A stretch of 57,286 nucleotides of DNA, taken from positions 1 to 57,286 of the forward strand of contig CAYJXK010000002.1 in NCBI GenBank assembly GCA_964374115.1. The letters are read 5' to 3'. Positions 35,139-42,710 of the stretch are shown here, piece by piece. Each line of letters begins with the position of its first letter. Within the stretch, counting starts at the first letter, position 1. The DNA is from an uncultured Gammaproteobacteria bacterium (GTDB taxonomy: Bacteria; Patescibacteriota; Patescibacteriia; Magasanikbacterales; UBA922). The position numbers and the translations under genes are program-made. Under the pieces are notes generated by a model, which saw only the letters and a list, made by a program, of their open reading frames with translations, made no database searches and had not been told where the DNA came from.

Positions 35139-36113
35139 TCATCGCGTATCAAGCAAGTTTCGCTCACGGATAAATTTTTTTGTTTCTTCTTTCAGGAATT
35201 CAAAAGAAGATATCACAAAATATCGTTGTTGTAAAAAAGAATAATTGTAGTCAGTATTGATAACCTCTTCGATAGTAAATGGGCGAATATCGGCATCAGC
35301 GCGAAAGGCATTATTCATGTCTTCAATCCCGGCCAGTAATCCAGCGCCAAAGGCCTTGGGATTTCCATGCTCTTCAATCATACCGTATTCCAACGTAAAC
35401 CAGTAGAGCCGTTCTAATTGTTTCAATTCCTCCTCCGAAGCCTCTGTGGCTGCTTGACCAATCAGACGGGTGAATTCAACCAAATCCGCATCGGCAAATG
35501 TGGGCACATGCCCAATAAATTCATGAATCGCGTCTGGTTCTGGGGTGAACGTGGGTCGAGAATGGTGCCGAATGTATTGGGTACATAACATTCGTTTGTT
35601 AGCCAAAGAGATCAAAAAAGATCGACTATCCACCAATCCTTCGATCGGCGCGAGTCGCATGCCATTGAACAATGAAACAGAGTGGCTGAGTTCGCGCATT
35701 TGAGGAATATGATTTTGAGGAATATGCAACTTTTTACGCGCACGCAAATACATGCCACACGCTCGATCCGGATGCAGACTGGACAACACGCCGTTTACTT
35801 CTTTCCAAGTCGCATGTTCCTGCGGTGTGTATTCCAACAGAGGAATCGCATTCGGTTCGCGACGAAATTGTTGAGCCAATCGGGCAATCTGTTCTCGTCG
35901 GGTTCGATATTCCGGATCAGTAGCGCCAGGATGATCGAGATCCAGAATTGCCAAGATTTGCTTTGGTTCTAAGGGTTTCCATTCATTGTTCATATACGGT
36001 AGATCCACCGATGTTTTTTCTCCCCGTGAGGATTGAGAGCCTGTCTCACAAGTCCATATGTATGATTTTCGCGATGAAAGAGACTGGTGAGATAGACTCT
36101 TAGTGAGATTCAT
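35139..36113 (-). CDS. phhA: Phenylalanine-4-hydroxylase (pterin-dependent aromatic amino acid hydroxylase)
   Basis: Iron ligands in PEPDAIHEFIGHVP and YWFTLEYG, plus DLDHPGATDPEYRTRR. The start is uncertain. An alternative ATG at 35993 (MNNEWKP) gives a more typical bacterial length. Confidence 0.88.
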   Translation of the reverse strand: MNLTKSLSHQSLSSRKSYIWTCETGSQSSRGEKTSVDLPYMNNEWKPLEPKQILAILDLDHPGATDPEYRTRREQIARLAQQFRREPNAIPLLEYTPQEHATWKEVNGVLSSLHPDRACGMYLRARKKLHIPQNHIPQMRELSHSVSLFNGMRLAPIEGLVDSRSFLISLANKRMLCTQYIRHHSRPTFTPEPDAIHEFIGHVPTFADADLVEFTRLIGQAATEASEEELKQLERLYWFTLEYGMIEEHGNPKAFGAGLLAGIEDMNNAFRADADIRPFTIEEVINTDYNYSFLQQRYFVISSFEFLKEETKKFIRERNLLDTR

Positions 36114-36296
36114 CCATCTCGGCCAGTCGGCGTGACAAAAAACACCGCCTCACTAGGGCGATGATGGCAAACAACATAATCATCTTTACCCTAGTCGACA
36201 AAGATGTAATAATACACTGAGTGGCTTGAATTGTTCGGATAGGTGAGAGCCATATTTTATAGCATATCATCTCTTCATCAATAGCGCAATGACGAT

Positions 36297-37673
36297 GTGG
36301 AACATTCTTTGTTTCTTCAGCGTGTGCCAGCGCTTCCGGATGAGCCGGGAGTATATTTATTTTACAACAAAAGAAGAGAAATAGTGTATGTGGGCAAGGC
36401 AACATCGCTCAAGAATCGCGTAAGAAGTTATTTCGCTCCACAAGGATCAGCGCGTCCCATCGAGTGGCTTTTCCATGAGGTCGTGGATTTGAAGACTGAA
36501 AAGACAGCATCTGTGCTCGAAGCAATCATTCTCGAATCGATCTACATCAAAAAGTTTCAGCCAGTATACAATGTGATTGGCAAGGATGATAAAAGTTGGA
36601 ATTATCTTGTCATGAGCAATGAGATGTATCCAACACTTCGCGCCATTCGAGAGCATGATCTTGAAGGAAAGTATCGATCTGAGGCTATCGGTTTCACACG
36701 AGAACCATCGGATCGACTCACTGGGGCGATGAAAAAAGATTTTTTATATCTTTTCGGTCCATTTCCTGGGTTGAACGCAAAGGCAACCATGCAAATATTG
36801 CGGCGATTATTTTATTTTTCGACCTGTCAACAAAGACGATCGGGGAAGAAAAATTCCGTTCACACCCGCTCCCTCCACAGGGGATGGCACGGGAGGGGTC
36901 CGTGTTTTTATTACCAAATCAAACAGTGTCTTGGTGTATGCACGGGCGAGATAACACCAAAAGAATATCAACAAAAAGTGATTCGGCCGCTTGTTCTTTT
37001 TTTGAAAGGAAAGAAGATGAGTGTTATTCGGACGCTTGAAAAAGAAATGAAAGTTGCGGTGCGGCGGGAAGATTTCGAAGAGGCGGCGCGTGTTCGTGAT
37101 CAACTGTCTCATTTGGAGCGGATCGAGGATGTCGCGCTCATGAACGCGTCGTTTTTTTCCGACCAATCCGCTTCGGGTGGATCGGGCGGGAGAATGAAAA
37201 AAATAGAAGGGTACGATATCTCAAACCTCGGCTCAACCGGCGCTGTTGGGAGCATGGCGGTATTTGTGTTTGGTGAACCAGACAAAAGCCAATATCGTCG
37301 ATTTCGCATCAAAACAGTAGTGGGCCAAAGCGATGTGGATTGTTTGGAGGAAGTCATCCGAAGACGTTTGAGACATGCTGATTGGCCACTGCCAAATCTT
37401 TTCCTCATTGACGGCGGCAAACCGCAAGTGAATCGAATACAAAAAGTGTTCAAAGAATGCTCGGTGCATATTCCCATCGTCGGGATTGCCAAAGGGCCGG
37501 AACGAAAGCGAAACGATATCTTGATTGCAAATGATTCTTCTTTTGGTTCAAATGATGCCAACAATAGAATCATGATTCGATGGATTCAGAACAACCAAAA
37601 CCTTCTCATTCGAGTTCGAGACGAAGCGCATCGGTTTGCGCTTGTGTATCAGAGGAAGACGAGGCAGTTGTGA
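36297..37673 (+). CDS. uvrC: Excinuclease ABC subunit C
   Basis: GIY-YIG (PGVYLFY...IVYVGKA), a UVR domain (EEAARVRDQL) and the RNase H-like endonuclease domain. GTG start. No C-terminal (HhH)2 domain is apparent. Confidence 0.9.
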   Translation: MEHSLFLQRVPALPDEPGVYLFYNKRREIVYVGKATSLKNRVRSYFAPQGSARPIEWLFHEVVDLKTEKTASVLEAIILESIYIKKFQPVYNVIGKDDKSWNYLVMSNEMYPTLRAIREHDLEGKYRSEAIGFTREPSDRLTGAMKKDFLYLFGPFPGLNAKATMQILRRLFYFSTCQQRRSGKKNSVHTRSLHRGWHGRGPCFYYQIKQCLGVCTGEITPKEYQQKVIRPLVLFLKGKKMSVIRTLEKEMKVAVRREDFEEAARVRDQLSHLERIEDVALMNASFFSDQSASGGSGGRMKKIEGYDISNLGSTGAVGSMAVFVFGEPDKSQYRRFRIKTVVGQSDVDCLEEVIRRRLRHADWPLPNLFLIDGGKPQVNRIQKVFKECSVHIPIVGIAKGPERKRNDILIANDSSFGSNDANNRIMIRWIQNNQNLLIRVRDEAHRFALVYQRKTRQL

Positions 37674-37711
37674 GAGGACACTCTTTGATATATACTTTTT
37701 CATGAAGTCTT

Positions 37712-38662
37712 ATGGATCACATATATCAGATGTTGAAACAATTTGGTCATGTCACACTTCACGAATTCCTTGCCAAGCATACAACATTTAAAATTGGCGG
37801 ACAGGCTGACTATTTTGTGACGGCAAAAAGTACGGATGATTTGATAGAATTGCTCAAATATCTCGATCAAGAAGGCACACCGTATTTTATTTTGGGTGGG
37901 GGAAGTAATGTTTTGGTGAGGGATGATGGATTTGATGGGGTCGTGGTAAAAGTCCGAAGTCAGAAGTCCGAAGTCAGAAGTCCATTTCTTGAAGCCGATG
38001 CAGGGTGTGTTACGGTTGAAATGGCACAACAATCAATCAAAGCAGAGCTGACGGGATTTGAGTGGGGTGTCGGAGTGCCCGGGACGATTGGTGGAGCGGT
38101 GCGAGGCAATGCCGGGGCAATGGATGGAGAGATGAAAGATGTTGTTGAATCAGTTGATGTATATCAAGATGGAGAAGTCGTAACGCTTTCGAATACAGCA
38201 TGCGAGTTTCGTTATCGAGATAGTGTGTTTAAACATGGGGGCGGTGTTGTTTTGAGAGCGAGGTTACGGTTGAGGATAAAAGAAAAAAAAGATGAAGCAG
38301 GCATAAAAAAAGCACTTGAATATCTACAGTATCGCAGTAAAACACAGCCTCAGGGGTGGGCGAATACAGGATGTATTTTTAAAAACAGTCATCAGCTATC
38401 AGCCATCAGCCATCAAATTGAAATGCCAAAAGAATTCATTCAGAAGGGCAAAATTCCTGCGGGATGGTTGGTAGAAAAGGCTGGGATGAAAGGGGCACAA
38501 GTCGGGAACGCAAAGGTGAGCGATGTGCATGGGAATTTTATTGTGAATATGGGTGGAGCAACCGCGGCCGATGTGTCGGCACTTATTGAAAAGGTGAAAG
38601 GGGCAGTGTATACTCGATGTGGGGTAGTGCTAGAAGAAGAAATACAGATTCTTGGAAATTAG
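37712..38662 (+). CDS. murB: UDP-N-acetylenolpyruvoylglucosamine reductase
   Basis: FAD-binding domain (HTTFKIGGQADYF, ILGGGSN) and C-terminal SAGWLVEKAGMKG...HGNFIVN. Confidence 0.94.
   Translation: MDHIYQMLKQFGHVTLHEFLAKHTTFKIGGQADYFVTAKSTDDLIELLKYLDQEGTPYFILGGGSNVLVRDDGFDGVVVKVRSQKSEVRSPFLEADAGCVTVEMAQQSIKAELTGFEWGVGVPGTIGGAVRGNAGAMDGEMKDVVESVDVYQDGEVVTLSNTACEFRYRDSVFKHGGGVVLRARLRLRIKEKKDEAGIKKALEYLQYRSKTQPQGWANTGCIFKNSHQLSAISHQIEMPKEFIQKGKIPAGWLVEKAGMKGAQVGNAKVSDVHGNFIVNMGGATAADVSALIEKVKGAVYTRCGVVLEEEIQILGN
37950..37984 (+). repeat. Five-unit heptanucleotide array inside murB (AAGTCCG|AAGTCAG|AAGTCCG|AAGTCAG|AAGTCCA)
   Basis: Read directly from the sequence. Translated as KVRSQKSEVRSP. 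Confidence 0.85.
38386..38413 (+). repeat. Four-unit heptanucleotide array inside murB (CAGTCAT|CAGCTAT|CAGCCAT|CAGCCAT)
   Basis: Read directly from the sequence. Translated as SHQLSAISHQ. Confidence 0.8.
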
Positions 38663-38677
38663 GTTCATGTTTCAACT

Positions 38678-39022
38678 ATGATCATCACCATCCATGGCAG
38701 TGGCATCGAACTCACGGATGCCCTCAGGCAATACGCGGAGGAAAAAGTGCAAACACTTACCAAACATTTTGATAATATTCAGAAAGCGGAAATAGATATT
38801 GGCCTACGCACGCATCATCATCAAAAAGGAGATATTTATTACGCGGAAGTAAATTTATGTGTTCCGCAGCATGTGCTCCGTGTCGTCAAAGAAGAGGCAG
38901 ACTTGTATAAAGCGATTGACAAGGTGAAAGATCATTTGAAAATGGAATTGGAAAAAATGAAGGGCAAGATGCGGGCGAAGAACAAACGTGTGCTTCGGGA
39001 AAACAAAGAATACCACACATAG
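38678..39022 (+). CDS. hpf: Ribosome hibernation promoting factor (HPF/RaiA, S30AE family), short form
   Basis: MIITIHGSGIELTDALRQYAEEKV...LYKAIDKV is typical of HPF. Confidence 0.88.
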   Translation: MIITIHGSGIELTDALRQYAEEKVQTLTKHFDNIQKAEIDIGLRTHHHQKGDIYYAEVNLCVPQHVLRVVKEEADLYKAIDKVKDHLKMELEKMKGKMRAKNKRVLRENKEYHT

Positions 39023-39109
39023 TCGCATGACGCATGCCATAAATTCACGACGTATCATGAAGATGAAAGGGAAGTCCAGAGACTTCCCTTTGCGTTCCTC
39101 CCATTGTTT

Positions 39110-39283
39110 CTATGGCAGGATCGGACCACGTGGCGTGTTCTGCCGCACATACACGCATGCTTCGCATCGGCATGGTTGTTCTCCGAGTCCGCAATCAGTA
39201 AGGTGGCCGCAGAGCGCGCATGTGTCTTTCCCGACCCCCCCAATGGGCCGAGCACATGCCCGACATGTTTTTTCTTTTTTCAT
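39110..39283 (-). CDS. Cys-rich 57-aa protein (8 Cys; CxxC-x10-CxxC plus CxCxxC)
   Basis: MKKEKTCRACARPIGGVGKDTCALCGHLTDCGLGEQPCRCEACVYVRQNTPRGPILP*. A strong SD (AAGGAG) lies 6 nt upstream and a promoter is present. The segment is G+C-rich. Confidence 0.6.
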   Translation of the reverse strand: MKKEKTCRACARPIGGVGKDTCALCGHLTDCGLGEQPCRCEACVYVRQNTPRGPILP

Positions 39284-39306
39284 GCTAGCTCCTTTTCCCA
39301 GTTTGT

Positions 39307-39336
39307 AGTATAGAGAAAAGGATCTACATTTGTCCA
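39307..39336 (-). promoter_or_regulatory. Promoter candidate TGGACA-18-TATACT for the Cys-rich ORF
   Basis: Minus-strand hexamers at 39331-39336 and 39307-39312. Confidence 0.5.
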
Positions 39337-39410
39337 TTTCTCAGGCGCAGTCTGGACAACAAGGGGGAAAAGATGATATCCTCGCAGACAGGAAAGAGAT
39401 TACATCCATT

Positions 39411-39509
39411 CTCGACCACGCCATATGGTGAGATATGGCCCACAGAGTTGCCGGCAAAGAAAAAGTGACTGAATGGCGCTCGGGAGAGCGCGAGAGACAC
39501 GGAAACTCG
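39411..39509 (+). repeat. Family B element, half copy (core plus one terminus)
   Basis: The reverse complement aligns with 18901..19010 of the long copy, with scattered substitutions. It ends in GGAAACTCGCTATGAGTTC. Confidence 0.8.
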
Positions 39510-39541
39510 CTATGAGTTCGGAATTAGGAATTCACACTCGT

Positions 39542-42427
39542 ATGTCTTGGTACACAAAAATTTTCGGCGATCCATCGAAAAAAGAGTTACAAAAATTGCA
39601 ACCCATCGTAGAAAAAATCAACCATCTTGAGCTTGAATATCAGGCGCTTTCAGATGAGGGATTGCGAGAGAAGACCGATACATTCAAAGTACGGTTGCAA
39701 CAGGGAGAAACCCTCGAGGATCTTATCCCGGAAGCATTCGCGGCAGTCCGCGAAGCATCCAGGCGCACCACAGGCATGCGTCATTTTGATGTCCAGCTTA
39801 TTGGGGGCATGGCTCTGCATCAGAGAAAGATCGCGGAAATGCGAACCGGAGAAGGAAAAACACTGGTTGCCACACTTCCGGCCTATCTCAACGCGCTTGA
39901 GGGAAAAGGGGTGCATATCGTGACCGTCAATGATTACCTCGCTCGCCGTGATGCGGTGTGGATGGGGCAGATTTATGATTTTTTGGGGATGCGTGTGGGT
40001 ATTGTTCAGAATTTGAGGATTTCGTATGTGTACAGTTCAGAATTCAGAGTGCAGAGTGCAGAGGAACAGGAAACATTGAAAGAGGGAAGTGATACAGATA
40101 AAGAACGAGACGAGATGGGTAGTTTCAAAGTAGAGTACGATTATCTACAATCCTGTTCGCGACAAGAGGCGTATCGTTGCGATATTACCTATGGCACGAA
40201 CAATGAATTTGGGTTTGATTATCTTCGCGACAACATGGTGCAAGATGTGTCGGAGATGGTGATGCGGCCTGGTGCGGAAATGCATTACGCCATTGTGGAT
40301 GAAATTGATTCTATTCTCATTGACGAGGCGAGGACTCCCCTTATTATCTCAACGCCAGCAGAAGAGGCAGGAGAGCAATATTATATGTTTGCCCGATTGG
40401 TGCGACAGCTCACAGAGCATGATGATTTCGCGATTGATGAAAAACTGCGGAGTGTCACGCTGACAGAATCAGGGATTGCAAAATTTGAGGAGTGGCTCGG
40501 CGTGGAAAATCTTTACGTCGAAGGCGGCATTCCAATGGTCCATCATATTGAACAGGCGCTCAAAGCCGAGTATCTTTTCAAACGTGATAAAGAATACGTC
40601 GTTGATATGGATGAAATTCTTATCATTGATGAATTTACCGGACGCAAAATGCCAGGGCGCAGATATTCCGAAGGACTGCACCAGGCGATCGAAGCGAAAG
40701 AAGGCGTCACGATCAAGCGCGAGAGCGTCACGCTTGCGACCATTACATTTCAAAATCTCTTCCGCATGTATCGTAAATTATCGGGCATGACTGGGACGGC
40801 AAAAACAGAGGAAGAAGAGTTTTATCGAATTTATGGACTTGAAGTATTTACGATTCCCACAAACAAATCCGATCACAGGTCTGATCACCCGGATCGCATT
40901 TATCGAAGTAACAGCGGCAAATACGCCGCGATCGTAGAAAAGATAAAAGAAGCCCAAACAAAATCGCAGCCACTCCTCATCGGCACCATCTCTGTAGAAA
41001 AAAATGAAGAGCTGAGCGCTTATTTGGATGCGAACGGCATTGCGCATGAAATTTTGAACGCGAAAAATCATGAACGTGAAGGAGAGATTATCGCGCAAGC
41101 CGGTCGGCCCGGCGCGGTGACACTCGCGACCAATATGGCAGGACGTGGTGTGGATATTAAGCTCGGAGGTAGCCCGGTGAATGAGGAAGAGGCAGTACGG
41201 GTCGTTGCCGCAGGCGGGCTTTTTGTACTCGGTACGGAGCGGCATGAGGCACGACGTATCGACAATCAACTTCGAGGGCGCGCGGCTCGTCAGGGCGATC
41301 CGGGTGAAACGCAATTTTTTGTGTCTACTGAAGACGATCTCATGCGTATTTTTGCGGGCGATCGGATGAAAGCGGTGATGACACGGCTCAAGGTTCCAGA
41401 AGACATGCCGATCGAACAGCGCATGATTACTCGCATGCTCGAAAGCGCGCAGAAAAAAGTAGAAGGATTTCATTTTGATTCGCGCAAACACGTGCTCCAG
41501 TACGACGATGTGCTCAATCGTCATCGCCATGTGATCTATACCAAGCGCCGGCAAATTCTTGAAATCGCTGCCAAAGCCGAAGGGGTTCTCGATCCTTTCA
41601 TCCAGCTTGTCACACTCGAAGAAGGCGATGTGCGTTATGATACACTCAAAGACATGATGCTCGAAATGATTGATGGAGAAATTGAGTTTCTGGTGAGTTT
41701 TCACACCATGATGCCCGGAGAAGAATCAGCAGATTTTTTGAGAGAGACAAAAGGATTATGGGATATGGAGGGAATTATAGAAGGAATCAAATCGATATTT
41801 CCAATGAAAAGCGAGGACATAGCGCATCTGCGCGAAACATTTAGACCAGCGGCAATGGGCAACAAAAGCACAATAGAACACAAAGATGCCATGATTCAGT
41901 TTATAGCTCAAAAAGCCCGCGCCGAGTATGCGCTTATTGAAGAAAAGATGCGGACAGTGGGCGATGGGCAAGCGGAAGCTGGTAATCGTCTGATGCAAGG
42001 GGTCGAGCGCAGTGTTCTTATTCGAGCGATTGACACGCTCTGGGTTGAACATTTAGTTTCTGTGGATTATCTGCGCACCGGCATTGGTCTTCGTGGTTAT
42101 GGGCAACGCGATCCACTGATTGAATACAAAAAAGAAGCATATCGTTTATTCCAGGAGTTGCTTGGCAATATTCAAAAAGAAGTGGTGACGTCATTTTTCA
42201 AAATTGGGCTCGGGATTCAAATGGCGCCGCGAATGATCGGCGAATTGGCGTTTGGTCCCTCGATTATGGCAAAAGACAAGATGGTGATGACTGGCGCCAA
42301 AAAATCGGAAGAAGAACATTTGGCTCCATCATCCACTCCTCGGTCAGCAGATGGAAAAAAAGTTGGGCGCAATGATCCGTGTCCGTGTGAAAGCGGCAGA
42401 AAGTACAAAAAGTGTCATGGGAAATAA
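39542..42427 (+). CDS. secA: Preprotein translocase ATPase SecA
   Basis: KIFGDPSKKELQK, MRTGEGKT, DEID/DEAR, and the C-terminal zinc tail CPCESGRKYKKCHG. The start was set at MSWYTKIFG. The upstream part of the ORF runs through a repeat. Confidence 0.96.
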   Translation: MSWYTKIFGDPSKKELQKLQPIVEKINHLELEYQALSDEGLREKTDTFKVRLQQGETLEDLIPEAFAAVREASRRTTGMRHFDVQLIGGMALHQRKIAEMRTGEGKTLVATLPAYLNALEGKGVHIVTVNDYLARRDAVWMGQIYDFLGMRVGIVQNLRISYVYSSEFRVQSAEEQETLKEGSDTDKERDEMGSFKVEYDYLQSCSRQEAYRCDITYGTNNEFGFDYLRDNMVQDVSEMVMRPGAEMHYAIVDEIDSILIDEARTPLIISTPAEEAGEQYYMFARLVRQLTEHDDFAIDEKLRSVTLTESGIAKFEEWLGVENLYVEGGIPMVHHIEQALKAEYLFKRDKEYVVDMDEILIIDEFTGRKMPGRRYSEGLHQAIEAKEGVTIKRESVTLATITFQNLFRMYRKLSGMTGTAKTEEEEFYRIYGLEVFTIPTNKSDHRSDHPDRIYRSNSGKYAAIVEKIKEAQTKSQPLLIGTISVEKNEELSAYLDANGIAHEILNAKNHEREGEIIAQAGRPGAVTLATNMAGRGVDIKLGGSPVNEEEAVRVVAAGGLFVLGTERHEARRIDNQLRGRAARQGDPGETQFFVSTEDDLMRIFAGDRMKAVMTRLKVPEDMPIEQRMITRMLESAQKKVEGFHFDSRKHVLQYDDVLNRHRHVIYTKRRQILEIAAKAEGVLDPFIQLVTLEEGDVRYDTLKDMMLEMIDGEIEFLVSFHTMMPGEESADFLRETKGLWDMEGIIEGIKSIFPMKSEDIAHLRETFRPAAMGNKSTIEHKDAMIQFIAQKARAEYALIEEKMRTVGDGQAEAGNRLMQGVERSVLIRAIDTLWVEHLVSVDYLRTGIGLRGYGQRDPLIEYKKEAYRLFQELLGNIQKEVVTSFFKIGLGIQMAPRMIGELAFGPSIMAKDKMVMTGAKKSEEEHLAPSSTPRSADGKKVGRNDPCPCESGRKYKKCHGK
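40034..40061 (+). repeat. Four-unit heptanucleotide array inside secA (AGTTCAG|AATTCAG|AGTGCAG|AGTGCAG)
   Basis: Read directly from the sequence, with degenerate continuation to about 40075. Translated as SSEFRVQSAEE. Confidence 0.8.
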
Positions 42428-42656
42428 TCTTCAGCTCGGCATCTACGAGCACTACAAAGGCAACCGGTACGAAGTGATCGCGGTTGCAGAACACAGTGAA
42501 ACAGGGGAGCGTTTTGTGGTATACAAGGCGCTGTATGGGACAGGGACGATGTATATTCGGCCGTTTGAAATGTTTGTCGAGGATGTGGAAGTGGATGGGA
42601 GGGGAATGCCGAGGTTTCGATGGTGTAAAAATTCTGCGACCCCAGGGGTTGCCTAG
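42417..42656 (+). CDS. DUF1653-family small protein
   Basis: IYEHYKGNRYEVIAVAEHSETGERFVVYKALYG...MYIRPFEMF matches the DUF1653 pattern as I recall it. It overlaps the secA end by 11 nt. Confidence 0.7.
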   Translation: MGNNLQLGIYEHYKGNRYEVIAVAEHSETGERFVVYKALYGTGTMYIRPFEMFVEDVEVDGRGMPRFRWCKNSATPGVA

Positions 42657-42671
42657 GGTCGTCAGAGGAAA

Positions 42672-42700
42672 TTGACGATTTTCGTCATTGTCTGTAGAAT
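42672..42700 (+). promoter_or_regulatory. Promoter TTGACG-17-TAGAAT immediately upstream of secD
   Basis: Hexamers at 42672-42677 and 42695-42700. The ATG at 42711 is only 10 nt after the -10. Confidence 0.55.
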
Positions 42701-42710
42701 ACGTCCAGCT

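Noticed and set aside
39160-39175. 15-nt identity (GCTTCGCATCGGCAT) between the Cys-rich ORF region and the island hairpin at 48232-48246. Also a shared AAGGAGCTAGC upstream of both small ORFs.
   Set aside because: About three 15-mer matches are expected by chance in a 57-kb self-comparison on both strands. There is no extended similarity around them.
39473-39541. N-terminal extensions offered by the ORF track for secA, and likewise for lepA, guaB, uvrB, dnaX, rplM, rpsK, infA, secD and DUF1653
   Set aside because: The extensions run through repeats, promoters or upstream genes and are absent from the conserved N-termini of these families. Internal start codons that give canonical N-termini were used instead.
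40778-41704. 308-aa ORF on the minus strand inside secA. Similar long antisense ORFs occur at 46184..46993, 847..1368, 9211..9735, 33463..33897 and 37109..37573.
   Set aside because: These lie entirely antisense to or overlapping strongly conserved genes, and their composition looks unlike real protein. They are shadow ORFs.
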